A stretch of DNA of 32,000 bases, taken from assembly GCF_036323395.1 (NCBI RefSeq), contig NZ_AP028907.1, positions 1,410,001-1,442,000 of the forward strand, written 5' to 3'. Shown piece by piece: positions 1 to 7,117 of the stretch. The notes under the pieces are model-generated. The model ran no database searches. It had not been told where the DNA came from and saw only the letters and a program-made list of their open reading frames with translations. Origin of the DNA: Pyrodictium abyssi. GTDB taxonomy: Archaea; Thermoproteota; Thermoprotei_A; Sulfolobales; Pyrodictiaceae. Both the position numbers and the translations under genes were made by a program. The stretch's first letter is position 1; each line of letters begins with the position of its first letter.

Positions 1-256
1 GGATATTTTTACATGCTCCGATCCGGCTGACATGGATACGGTCTCCTCTTACGTCTAGGGGCGCGCTTACGCGCTAGACAGATGAAGCTACTGCGAAAGG
101 CGGTTATTAAGACTTGCCCTAGTCTGTGTCTCCTCTATTGCCCCGGCGGCTGAAGCCAAGCTGGTATATCTCCGGCTGCCCGTATAGGAATCTGGCCGGG
201 GGCTGTGTGGAGGCTGGCCTGTCCCGAGGCCGCCGGGTTGGCCGCTGTGGAGCCCC

Positions 257-691
257 TCAGGGAGCGGCGTCCGAGCCCCGGTTCTCCTCTATGTGGCTGG
301 CGGTGAAGGCGTAGGGTAGTAGCTCGCCGAGCCTCCATGACCGCCTCCGCCCAGTCTTGGTGGAGACCGATACTACTAGGGTCTCTGGGTCCCCGAACTC
401 GGCTAGGACCTGGCGGCAGGCGCCGCAGGGCGGGAGCGGCTCCGGGGTATCGGCTACTATGGCTACCCTGGCTATGCGACGGCGGCCCGCTGCCACCATT
501 GCCGCGACTGCTGCTCTCTCGGCACATATGGTCAGCCCGTAGCTAGCGTTCTCCACGTTGACCCCAGTGTACACTGTGCCGTCGTCGGCCTCGACGGCTG
601 CCGCTACATGCACGTTGCTGTAGGGCGCATAGCTGTTACGATGAACGCTCATGGCCTTCTCTACTAGCTTCTCGATGCCCGGGTCCTGCAC
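257..691 (-). CDS. cdd: Cytidine deaminase (small homotetrameric type)
   Basis: 144-aa ORF with the zinc-ligand signatures of the cytidine deaminase fold: TICAERAAV (C-A-E) and PPCGACRQVL (P-C-x-x-C). The size is typical for the family. Confidence 0.85.
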   Translation of the reverse strand: MQDPGIEKLVEKAMSVHRNSYAPYSNVHVAAAVEADDGTVYTGVNVENASYGLTICAERAAVAAMVAAGRRRIARVAIVADTPEPLPPCGACRQVLAEFGDPETLVVSVSTKTGRRRSWRLGELLPYAFTASHIEENRGSDAAP

Positions 692-807
692 GCTTTCTCG
701 CCCTCGTGTGTCCGGCTAGGGGTGGGCCCCGGGGTATCTCGGCTGCTACGAGGGGTTCAAAGAGGTCCGGGATATGGCCCCGGTAGAGCGGGGGCTAGAG
801 AGGCGCC

Positions 808-2262
808 TTGTCCAGCGACGGGCTGAGGACCGTTATAGGGCTCGAGGTTCACGTACAGCTAACGAGTCTCCGGACTAAGCTGTTCTGCAGCTGCAGCGCC
901 GACTACCGCGGGGCGCCGCCCAACACCCATGTCTGTCCGGTCTGTCTCGGGCTCCCCGGCGCCCTGCCCGTGGTGAACGAGGAGGCTGTCCGGAAGGCTA
1001 TCCAGGTCTGCCTCGCCGTGAATGGACATGTCGCCAGGCTTCTCCGGTTCGACCGTAAGCACTACTTCTACCCCGACCTGCCCAAGAACTACCAGATAAC
1101 CCAGTACCTTGAGCCGATATGCACTGGCGGCTACATAGAGGTAGAGACGCCGGAGGGCCCTAAGAGGATAAGGCTGAGACGAATCAACATCGAGGAGGAC
1201 CCGGGCAGGATTGTCTACCCTGGCGGCGGGCCGCTCACGAGCCCCTATGTGCTGGTCGACTACAACCGGAGCGGCGTCGCGCTCCTAGAGATAGTCACCG
1301 AGCCCGACATAGGCTCGCCAGAGGAGGCTGTAGCGTTCCTCGAGAAGCTCCGGAGTATCCTGGAACACCTGGGTGTCTGCGACTGCGGCCTCGAGGGCGC
1401 TATGCGCGTCGACGCTAACGTGAGCGTTGAGGGCGGTGAGCGCGTCGAGGTAAAGAACATAGGCAGCTTCCACGAGGTGAAGCGGGCGCTAGCCTACGAG
1501 ATCACTAGGCAGCGCGACCTACTGTTGAAGGGCAAGCCGGTGCGGCGGGAGACCCGCCACTGGGACCCGATACGCAAAGTCACGCTCCCGGCTAGGGTGA
1601 AAGAGACCGAGGAAGACTACCGCTACATGCCGGACCCCAACCTGCCGCCGGTGCCCATACCCAGGAGCCTTGTCGAGGAGCTGCGGGAGACGCTGCCAGA
1701 GCTGCCTGACGCGCGCGCTAAGAGGCTCGAGCGCGAGTACGGCCTCCGCCCCCAGGTGGCGAGGGTCCTGGTTACCAGGAAGGTTCTCGCCGACTTCTTC
1801 GAGGACGCCGCAAAGCTGTACCAGGGAAGCTACGAGAGGATGGCTAACTACCTGGTCAACGACCTGCTTAACTGGCTTAAGGACGACGACCTGGCAGGGC
1901 TCTACGAGAGGGTGAAGCCGGAGCACCTGGCGAAGCTGATGAAGCTCCTAGACTCCGGCGTTATAAGCATAAGGCAGGCAAAGGAGATGGCCGAGCACAT
2001 AGCCAAGCGCGGCGTCGACCCGGAGAAGCTTGTGGACGAGCTCGGGTTCCGCCGTATAGCGGACCCGGAGAAGCTCCGGCCGATAGTGGAGGAGGTGTTC
2101 CAGGAGAACCCTAAGGCTGTCGAGGACGCGCTCCGGAACCCCAAGGCTGTGAACTTCCTGGTAGGGATGGTTATGAGGAAGACGAGGGGGCGTGCGGACC
2201 CCGCGGTGGCGAGGAGGCTCGTAGTGGAGAAGCTTGACGAGATACGGGAGGCGGGGGCCTAG
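808..2262 (+). CDS. gatB: Asp/Glu-tRNA(Asn/Gln) amidotransferase subunit B
   Basis: 484 aa with a TTG start. It has the GatB blocks VIGLEVHVQL, KLFCSC, NTHVCPVCLGLPGALPV and FDRKHYFYPDLPKNYQITQ. The length fits GatB (about 480 aa), not GatE (about 620 aa). Confidence 0.9.
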   Translation: MSSDGLRTVIGLEVHVQLTSLRTKLFCSCSADYRGAPPNTHVCPVCLGLPGALPVVNEEAVRKAIQVCLAVNGHVARLLRFDRKHYFYPDLPKNYQITQYLEPICTGGYIEVETPEGPKRIRLRRINIEEDPGRIVYPGGGPLTSPYVLVDYNRSGVALLEIVTEPDIGSPEEAVAFLEKLRSILEHLGVCDCGLEGAMRVDANVSVEGGERVEVKNIGSFHEVKRALAYEITRQRDLLLKGKPVRRETRHWDPIRKVTLPARVKETEEDYRYMPDPNLPPVPIPRSLVEELRETLPELPDARAKRLEREYGLRPQVARVLVTRKVLADFFEDAAKLYQGSYERMANYLVNDLLNWLKDDDLAGLYERVKPEHLAKLMKLLDSGVISIRQAKEMAEHIAKRGVDPEKLVDELGFRRIADPEKLRPIVEEVFQENPKAVEDALRNPKAVNFLVGMVMRKTRGRADPAVARRLVVEKLDEIREAGA

Positions 2263-2708
2263 AGGCCTAGTCTTACTGCCTCCACGTCTATGCTCTTTGC
2301 GTAGCGCTCCGCGTCGTAGCTGAACTGGTAGGCGGCTGCTACTGGGACGACCTCTGTGTTCTCCAGCTTCTCGGCCAGCTCGCCCGCCTCGTCGACCAGC
2401 ACGTCTATGTCGCCCACGTCCATGTAGGGCTTCGCGTAGAGGTAGAACGCCACCCCTTCGAACGCTACCAGCGCGCGGGCGTAGGGTATGTCGTCCACAC
2501 CGTAGTCCTCGACTATGCGGAGCAGCCGGGCCCCCTCGAGCCTGCCGCCGAGCACGAACGCTTCGACCACGGTCCTCACGTCGGCCATGAAGCGTATGAG
2601 GCTAGGGCCCCGGGCCCCCGTAGCCTCTGCTGCCGGTGCCTCGAAGAGGCTGTGGGCCAGGCTCTCTAGCCCTATGGGCTCCTCTACTACTAGGCTCACG
2701 CGTCCCAC
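2259..2708 (-). CDS. Hypothetical protein (acidic, 149 aa)
   Basis: Open frame with a GTG start and plausible protein-like composition. It is convergent with gatB and overlaps its end by 4 nt. I recognise no motif. Confidence 0.45.
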   Translation of the reverse strand: MGRVSLVVEEPIGLESLAHSLFEAPAAEATGARGPSLIRFMADVRTVVEAFVLGGRLEGARLLRIVEDYGVDDIPYARALVAFEGVAFYLYAKPYMDVGDIDVLVDEAGELAEKLENTEVVPVAAAYQFSYDAERYAKSIDVEAVRLGL

Positions 2709-2910
2709 CCGAACACAGTATTCGTGTCCGTGGCGGGGGTTTAGCCCGAGGGGGTAGTGTAGAACCGGGTATCAACCCTGCATAGCGGGCGTCTGGGTCG
2801 CTGCTAGACCCGGGGCCCTAGCTCGTGTCATCCGGGTTATACCCGGGTATCACCTGGCCATGTCGTACCCAGAGCCGCCGACACGTGGAATAGAAAACCG
2901 GCGGAGCGGG

Positions 2911-4047
2911 CTAGGCTGGTGGGCTTGAGCTTGGCTGCACTAGGGGGAAGTCCACTATCTTCGCCTTGTAGCGCTTGCCGCGCCTCTCTATCTCCACGCT
3001 GAGGCCCATCAGGGCGTGACTCGGCTTTATGTAGGCCTGTGCTAGGCTCCGCTTCAGCACGGGGCTGTAGGCTCCACTGGTAACGTAGCCTATCTCGACG
3101 TCGTCTATGTAGACCTTGTCTCCCTGCCGCGGCACTATGCGGGCCTTCTTGCCGAGCTTAAGGCCTACACGGACCCTGGCTGCTCCACGGCGTAGCGCCT
3201 CTCGGAGTGCCTGGCAGCCTACGCAGTCCTGCTTGGGGCCGGGCTGGAATACCCACCAGTACCTGGCTTCCACTGGCGTGGTCTCCTCGTCTATCTCGTG
3301 GCCGTATAGTACGAAGCCTACCTCCATGCGTAGGCTGTCGCGCGCACCCAGCCCACAGAGCCGGCCATCAAGCTCCTTCAGCAGCTCAGCCGCCTTGAGC
3401 AGTATCTTCTCGCCTTCGCCTGCCTCTGCTATTATCTCGAACCCGTCCTCGCCTGTCCACCCGCTGCGCGATACTATGAGTGCTCGTGCACCTGCTGCTT
3501 CCAGCTCCACGTTGCGGCGGAAGCGGAGCACCTTGAGGTCGAGCATCTCGCTCGGCGCCCCTAGCTTCTTCATGAGTTCTGCCGCGCGGGGCCCTTGGAC
3601 CGCGAAGAGCACCCAGTCCATTGTGTGGTCCTCTACGCGTGCCTGGGCGCCGAGCTTCCCTATCCACTCGTCTAGCCAGCCGCGTATCTTCTCGCGGTTA
3701 ACAGCATTGGGGACGATGAGCCATCCGTCGGCGCCGAGGTTGTAGGTCATCACATCGTCCTTGAAGCCGGCGTGCTCGTTTAGGAACGCCGTCGGGCCCA
3801 CCATCATGCCTTCCTCCGACGTTATGTCGCGGGGTAGTAGGTGGTCTAGGACCCGCGTAGCGTCGCTACCGCTCAGCAGGAGACGGCCCATGTGGCTTAG
3901 GTCGAAGAACCCTACCGTCCTGCGGACGGCAAGGTGCTCCTCCATGACGCTTGTGTAGTTTATCGGCGCCTCCCATCCAGCGAACTCGCCGAACTGCGCG
4001 CCGAGGCTCTTGTGGACGTCGTATAGGGGGATGCGCAGCTTAGCCAA
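2911..4047 (-). CDS. gcvT: Aminomethyltransferase, glycine cleavage system T protein
   Basis: 378 aa with a TTG start. It has typical GcvT blocks: PLYDVH..GA.FGEFAGWE.PI.Y, FDLSHMGRL, SRSGWTGEDGFEI and GLGARDSLRME. Confidence 0.9.
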   Translation of the reverse strand: MAKLRIPLYDVHKSLGAQFGEFAGWEAPINYTSVMEEHLAVRRTVGFFDLSHMGRLLLSGSDATRVLDHLLPRDITSEEGMMVGPTAFLNEHAGFKDDVMTYNLGADGWLIVPNAVNREKIRGWLDEWIGKLGAQARVEDHTMDWVLFAVQGPRAAELMKKLGAPSEMLDLKVLRFRRNVELEAAGARALIVSRSGWTGEDGFEIIAEAGEGEKILLKAAELLKELDGRLCGLGARDSLRMEVGFVLYGHEIDEETTPVEARYWWVFQPGPKQDCVGCQALREALRRGAARVRVGLKLGKKARIVPRQGDKVYIDDVEIGYVTSGAYSPVLKRSLAQAYIKPSHALMGLSVEIERRGKRYKAKIVDFPLVQPSSSPPA

Positions 4048-4255
4048 GGCCTACTCTACACCGTGTACTCCTGGAGCGCTAGGCACCACATGATAAACCC
4101 ATGCCCGAGGAGGGCTCGGGGAGGGGCCACCTCCCCATACCCCAGCGCCCTCCGGGGGCGCTGGGCGTCCGGGCTAGGGGGATCCCCCAGGCCCCCTCAC
4201 AGCCCAGGCTGAGAGAACTGCATGCTGCCGGATAAAGCGTGAAGCTTCCGGGCGG

Positions 4256-4624
4256 CTAGGCCTCAGCAGCAACCGTTTTGCCCAGGTACAGTAGCCGGCC
4301 ACGACGGCTATCAATGTAGTAGCGCAGCACAGGCTTGCCCACAGCTCTGAGGGGCCTTGGCTTAGCTGAGTCCGCTTCTACTTCTACTAGCTCGTCTACC
4401 GCGTAGGGCATCTCAGCCTCATCTAGCCCTACGCACTCGAGCCCAGCTAGGACTGGGCAGAGCCGGCGGCTCCACCAGCCGCGGGGAGCCGCCACTAGCT
4501 CGTAGCCGCGCGTGTAGGCTATGGCCCTCGCGAGCTCGCCTACTAGGCCTAGGGCACGGCTCGGGGATGCTATGTGCTTGGGACTGGGTAGTAGAAGCCC
4601 GAGCCCGCTACGCTGGAACGTCAA
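4256..4624 (-). CDS. Hypothetical protein (122 aa)
   Basis: ORF with a TTG start and a TATA-like GTTTATAC about 45 nt upstream on the minus strand (4665..4675). No recognisable motif. Confidence 0.4.
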   Translation of the reverse strand: MTFQRSGLGLLLPSPKHIASPSRALGLVGELARAIAYTRGYELVAAPRGWWSRRLCPVLAGLECVGLDEAEMPYAVDELVEVEADSAKPRPLRAVGKPVLRYYIDSRRGRLLYLGKTVAAEA

Positions 4625-4800
4625 GGCTTGCAGCCCTCATACAAGAGTAGCCCCACTCTTGGCCCAGTATAAACCTTTAGGCCCACCAGCCTCCCACTGC
4701 TACACGGGCCCGACAACTACAAAAGAACCCTGCAAAGCGCTGTGCTAGACAATGGAGGGGCAGCCGGGTCGTCTAGCGGCCAAGGATGCGGGGCTTTGGA

Positions 4801-4824
4801 TAGCGGCCCTCTACCCCCTACCCC
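4801..4824 (+). repeat. 5' arm of the 24-bp intron-terminal inverted repeat (TAGCGGCCCTCTACCCCCTACCCC)
   Basis: It pairs position by position with 5520..5497, giving 23 Watson-Crick pairs and one U.G pair at 4810:5511. Confidence 0.9.
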
Positions 4825-4830
4825 GCTTTC

Positions 4831-5428
4831 CTACCTCGTGCTGCTCCTAGCCCGTCTTGCCATCTCGCTAGCCACCTTGTAGGAGCCGCCCAGCAAGTCT
4901 AGCCTGTTGAAGATAAACACTCGATACTTGCCTCCATGAAGATAGTAGTTGCAGCTGGCCCCTATCAGGCTACAAACACTCACCACGAGACTTGCTATCT
5001 TCTTTGAGGCTGTAGTTATGGCTACGCGGAAATAACCGCCACGCCTCCGCTCAATGTTTCCATCAGAGTCTATAAGCCCTTCAACGACGCCTATTAGGGC
5101 CTCTAGAGGGACTCCCTCTACGCCTTCCTCAAGAACCCTTGAGATAAACCTAGTCAGCGAGAACACTAGGCATTTACCACACACTGATACGACTACCTCG
5201 CCACCCTGCATAAACACGTTAGCATTGAATCCGAGGGATGCAATCACGTAAACAAGCTCCTTCAAGATCTCCGGACTCGTGAGGCCCGAGAAAAAGCCTT
5301 ATCCGGTAGTCATAACGCTTTCTATCTATATAGATACTGCCGTCGCCTAGACAGAACCCTGCAAGGTAGCCCCATTTACGCCAACCAACTCTACTAGTTA
5401 GCTCCTCGTAGTCACCACGACACTGCAT
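4831..5428 (-). pseudogene. Two-motif (single-chain) LAGLIDADG homing endonuclease, antisense to the tRNA, interrupted by a +1 frameshift
   Basis: The N-terminal frame starts at ATG 5428 and reads [46 protein letters not shown] (motif 1). The C-terminal frame is open from 5298 and ends at stop 4831; it contains ...EALIGVVEGLIDSDGNIERRRGGYFRVAI... (motif 2). The frames join at a T5 run (plus-strand A5 at 5291..5295). Deleting one T gives a protein of about 198 aa, close to I-DmoI in size. Confidence 0.8.
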
Positions 5429-5456
5429 AGGTCCCGAGGAATCGTGTAGAGAACGG

Positions 5457-5471
5457 TAATAATACAAATAA
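5457..5471. promoter_or_regulatory. AT-rich TATA-like block (TAATAATACAAATAA), candidate bidirectional promoter inside the intron
   Basis: This is the only strongly AT-rich block in the intron. Its centre (about 5464) is about 36 nt upstream of the HEG ATG (5428) on the minus strand. It is also about 33 nt upstream of the 3' helix arm (5497) on the plus strand. Confidence 0.45.
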
Positions 5472-5496
5472 GCTCCCCAGAGGGAACACGAGGTAT

Positions 5497-5520
5497 GGGG
5501 TAGGGGGTAGGGGGCCGCTA
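5497..5520 (+). repeat. 3' arm of the 24-bp intron-terminal inverted repeat (GGGGTAGGGGGTAGGGGGCCGCTA)
   Basis: Reverse complement of 4801..4824 except for one G.U position. It lies immediately 5' of the BHB central helix. Confidence 0.9.
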
Positions 5521-5558
5521 GAAGAGCCCCCGTGACCGGGGTTCGAATCCCCGCCCGG

Positions 5559-6323
5559 CTACCATCTCCCTCCAACCCGGCTAGCTCTGCCCCCCTCTAG
5601 CTCCTCTATGAGCGACCCCACTCCGTCTAGCGTGTACTCGCTGGGGTAGAGGGCTTCGGGGTAGCCTAGCTCCTTTAGCTTCTTAGCCGTGGTCGGGCCT
5701 ATGGCTACTGGCTTGAAGCCCGGGCTGCCTGGGCTCGGGTAGTGCTTGGTGAAGGCCTCGGCTATGCTGGGGCTCGTGAACACCACGTAGTCGAACATGT
5801 CGGCTATCCTCGCAGCCGCTGAGGCCATCCGGTCTAGGACAACGACCCGGTATAGAGGGATCTCCACGGCCTCTATTCCGTGGCTCTCTAGGCCGCGTAC
5901 TAGGTCTGGCACAGCCTTCTCGGAGCGGGGTAGCAGGACGCGGCGCGGGCGCAGAGATGCTAGCTCTTCTGCCAGTGCTGCGCCACGGTATTCCCTCGGC
6001 ACGTAGTCCGTGCGGACTCCGTGCTGCTCAAGCACCTGGCGGGTCTTGGGCCCGACCGCTGCTACCCGGATCCTTCCCTGCGTCTGTAACACGCGTATCT
6101 TCTCGAGCAAGCTGGCTAGGAGCCTGGGGGCACGGGGACTCGTGAATACTACCCAGTCGCTCTTCTCGAGTTCTTTCTCCACTTTCTCGGCTGCCCCGGG
6201 TACTGGCTCTACATCGATCACGGGGATGTGGGCTACTACCGCTATCTCGGCGAGCCGGCCGGGCTCTGAGCCGGGCGGGCGTAGGAGGAGGACGTGGGGC
6301 CGCCTGTCTAGCTTAGGCGCCAA
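5559..6323 (-). CDS. hemD: Uroporphyrinogen-III synthase
   Basis: The C-terminal 254 aa of the 397-aa track ORF look like HemD: two repeated half-domains with VVFTSP motifs ([10 protein letters not shown] and [13 protein letters not shown]) and [16 protein letters not shown]. The upstream part of the track ORF is an out-of-frame shadow of cobA. The start is placed at in-frame TTG 6323, just before HVLLLRPPG, and is uncertain. Confidence 0.75.
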   Translation of the reverse strand: MAPKLDRRPHVLLLRPPGSEPGRLAEIAVVAHIPVIDVEPVPGAAEKVEKELEKSDWVVFTSPRAPRLLASLLEKIRVLQTQGRIRVAAVGPKTRQVLEQHGVRTDYVPREYRGAALAEELASLRPRRVLLPRSEKAVPDLVRGLESHGIEAVEIPLYRVVVLDRMASAAARIADMFDYVVFTSPSIAEAFTKHYPSPGSPGFKPVAIGPTTAKKLKELGYPEALYPSEYTLDGVGSLIEELEGGRASRVGGRW

Positions 6324-7066
6324 AGCTTGTCCCTCAGCTCCACCGTGTGGCCGAAGATTATGAGCGCTGGAGGCTGTACACCTGCCCGACGGGCTTTCTC
6401 GACGATGTCCCGTAGCCTGCCTGCCACCACCCGCTGCTCTGGGGTCGTGGCTTTCTCGACTATTGCTACTGGGAGGTCGGGGTCTACGCCCTCCTCTAGC
6501 ATCTCTCTCACTATGTTCTCTAGGTTGCCTACACCCATTACCACTACTAGTGTATCCACCGTCTTCATTATTTTGCCGTAGTGCACCATTTTCCTGTCCT
6601 TGTCGGGAGCCTCCCTGCCCGTGGCTACCGCGAAGCTCGACGCTATGCCGCGGCTGGTGACTGGTATACCCGCGTAGGCCGCGCCCGCGATTGCACTGGT
6701 CAGGCCGGGGACAACTTCGCACTCTACTCCGTGCTCGCGGAGGTAGATGCACTCCTCTTCGCCACGTCCAAAGACGTAGGGGTCGCCGCCGTGAAGGCGT
6801 ACAACCTTTTTGCCTTCACACGCCTTCTCCAGAAGCAGCTGGTTGATCTCCTCCTGGGTCATCGTGTGTGCGCCGGGCTTCTTACCAGCGTAGATAAGCT
6901 CTGCCCCGGGCTTAGCGTAGTCTAGCAGCTCTTTCGCAACTAGCCGGTCGTATACTATGACGTCGGCTTGTTGTATGAGGCGTAGCCCCTTCACCGTTAT
7001 AAGCTCGGGGTCACCAGGCCCGGCGCCGACTACGTATACGCGTCCCCCTCTACACTCTCTGACCAA
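6308..7066 (-). CDS. cobA: Uroporphyrinogen-III C-methyltransferase (SUMT)
   Basis: 252 aa with the tetrapyrrole methylase signatures VYVVGAGPGDPELITVKGLRLIQQADVIVYD and RLHGGDPYVFGRG. Confidence 0.9.
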   Translation of the reverse strand: MVRECRGGRVYVVGAGPGDPELITVKGLRLIQQADVIVYDRLVAKELLDYAKPGAELIYAGKKPGAHTMTQEEINQLLLEKACEGKKVVRLHGGDPYVFGRGEEECIYLREHGVECEVVPGLTSAIAGAAYAGIPVTSRGIASSFAVATGREAPDKDRKMVHYGKIMKTVDTLVVVMGVGNLENIVREMLEEGVDPDLPVAIVEKATTPEQRVVAGRLRDIVEKARRAGVQPPALIIFGHTVELRDKLWRLS

Positions 7067-7117
7067 AACTGGCCAGCACCCCGCTCCTAGGACTCTAGGA
7101 CCCCCGGGACAGGAGGG

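Larger units (their letters stand above)
4800..5526 (+). mobile_element. Archaeal bulge-helix-bulge (BHB) intron at tRNA position 37/38 carrying a LAGLIDADG homing-endonuclease gene
   Basis: A canonical hBHBh' can be drawn. It has a 3-nt bulge G4798-G4799-A4800, a 4-bp helix 4794-4797:5521-5524, a 3-nt bulge A5525-G5526-C5527, and is flanked by the anticodon stem and a 24-bp helix. The interior encodes a LAGLIDADG enzyme. Confidence 0.8.
4762..5564 (+). tRNA. tRNA-Gln(UUG) with a 727-nt intron; exons 4762..4799 and 5527..5564; CCA encoded
   Basis: The joined exons give a 76-nt cloverleaf. The acceptor stem is AGCCGGG/CCCGGCU, the D-arm is GTCT-AGCGGCCAA-GGAT, and the anticodon stem is CGGGG/CCCCG. 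The loop is C-U-UUG-G-C, the T-arm is CCGGGGTTCGAATCCCCGG-like, and the discriminator A is followed by CCA. The sequence closely resembles archaeal tRNA-Gln. Confidence 0.9.

Noticed and set aside
135-527. Long ORFs opposite or overlapping confirmed genes, e.g. 135..527, 3116..3745, 7491..8045, 10989..11648, 13637..14113, 25747..26169 and 28170..28940
   Set aside because: They are typical shadow ORFs of GC-rich coding DNA. They are rich in Arg/Pro/Ser/Ala/Gly, have no motifs, and each is fully contained in a strongly supported CDS on the other strand or frame.
2828-2836. GGAUGA on the minus strand with nearby repeated CCGGGTAT motifs as a possible C/D sRNA
   Set aside because: There is no CUGA at an appropriate distance. 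The flanking repeats are direct, not complementary, so no K-turn stem can form.
4048-4255. Possible glycine riboswitch upstream of gcvT
   Set aside because: I could not find the conserved glycine-riboswitch core on the minus strand. The class is bacterial. The hairpins lie upstream of the likely gcvT TATA box, so they would not be in its leader.
4696-4708. 13-nt exact repeat ACTGCTACACGGG, also at 11629..11641, both upstream of genes
   Set aside because: A single 13-mer match is expected by chance in a 32-kb window (order of a few). The distances to the downstream genes also differ (about 55 nt versus about 10 nt).
5429-5575. N-terminal 49 codons of the 118-aa minus-strand ORF, which would extend the endonuclease over the tRNA 3' exon
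   Set aside because: This part is the reverse complement of the tRNA 3' exon and helix arm ([16 protein letters not shown]...) and lies upstream of the AT-rich promoter block. The LAGLIDADG domain begins after Met-50 (ATG 5428).
5559-6752. 397-aa track ORF that suggests a much longer HemD
   Set aside because: Its N-terminal ~140 aa are Arg/Gly/Pro/Ser-rich low-complexity sequence. They lie out of frame over the well-supported cobA CDS (6308..7066). Only the part from about 6323 downstream looks like HemD.
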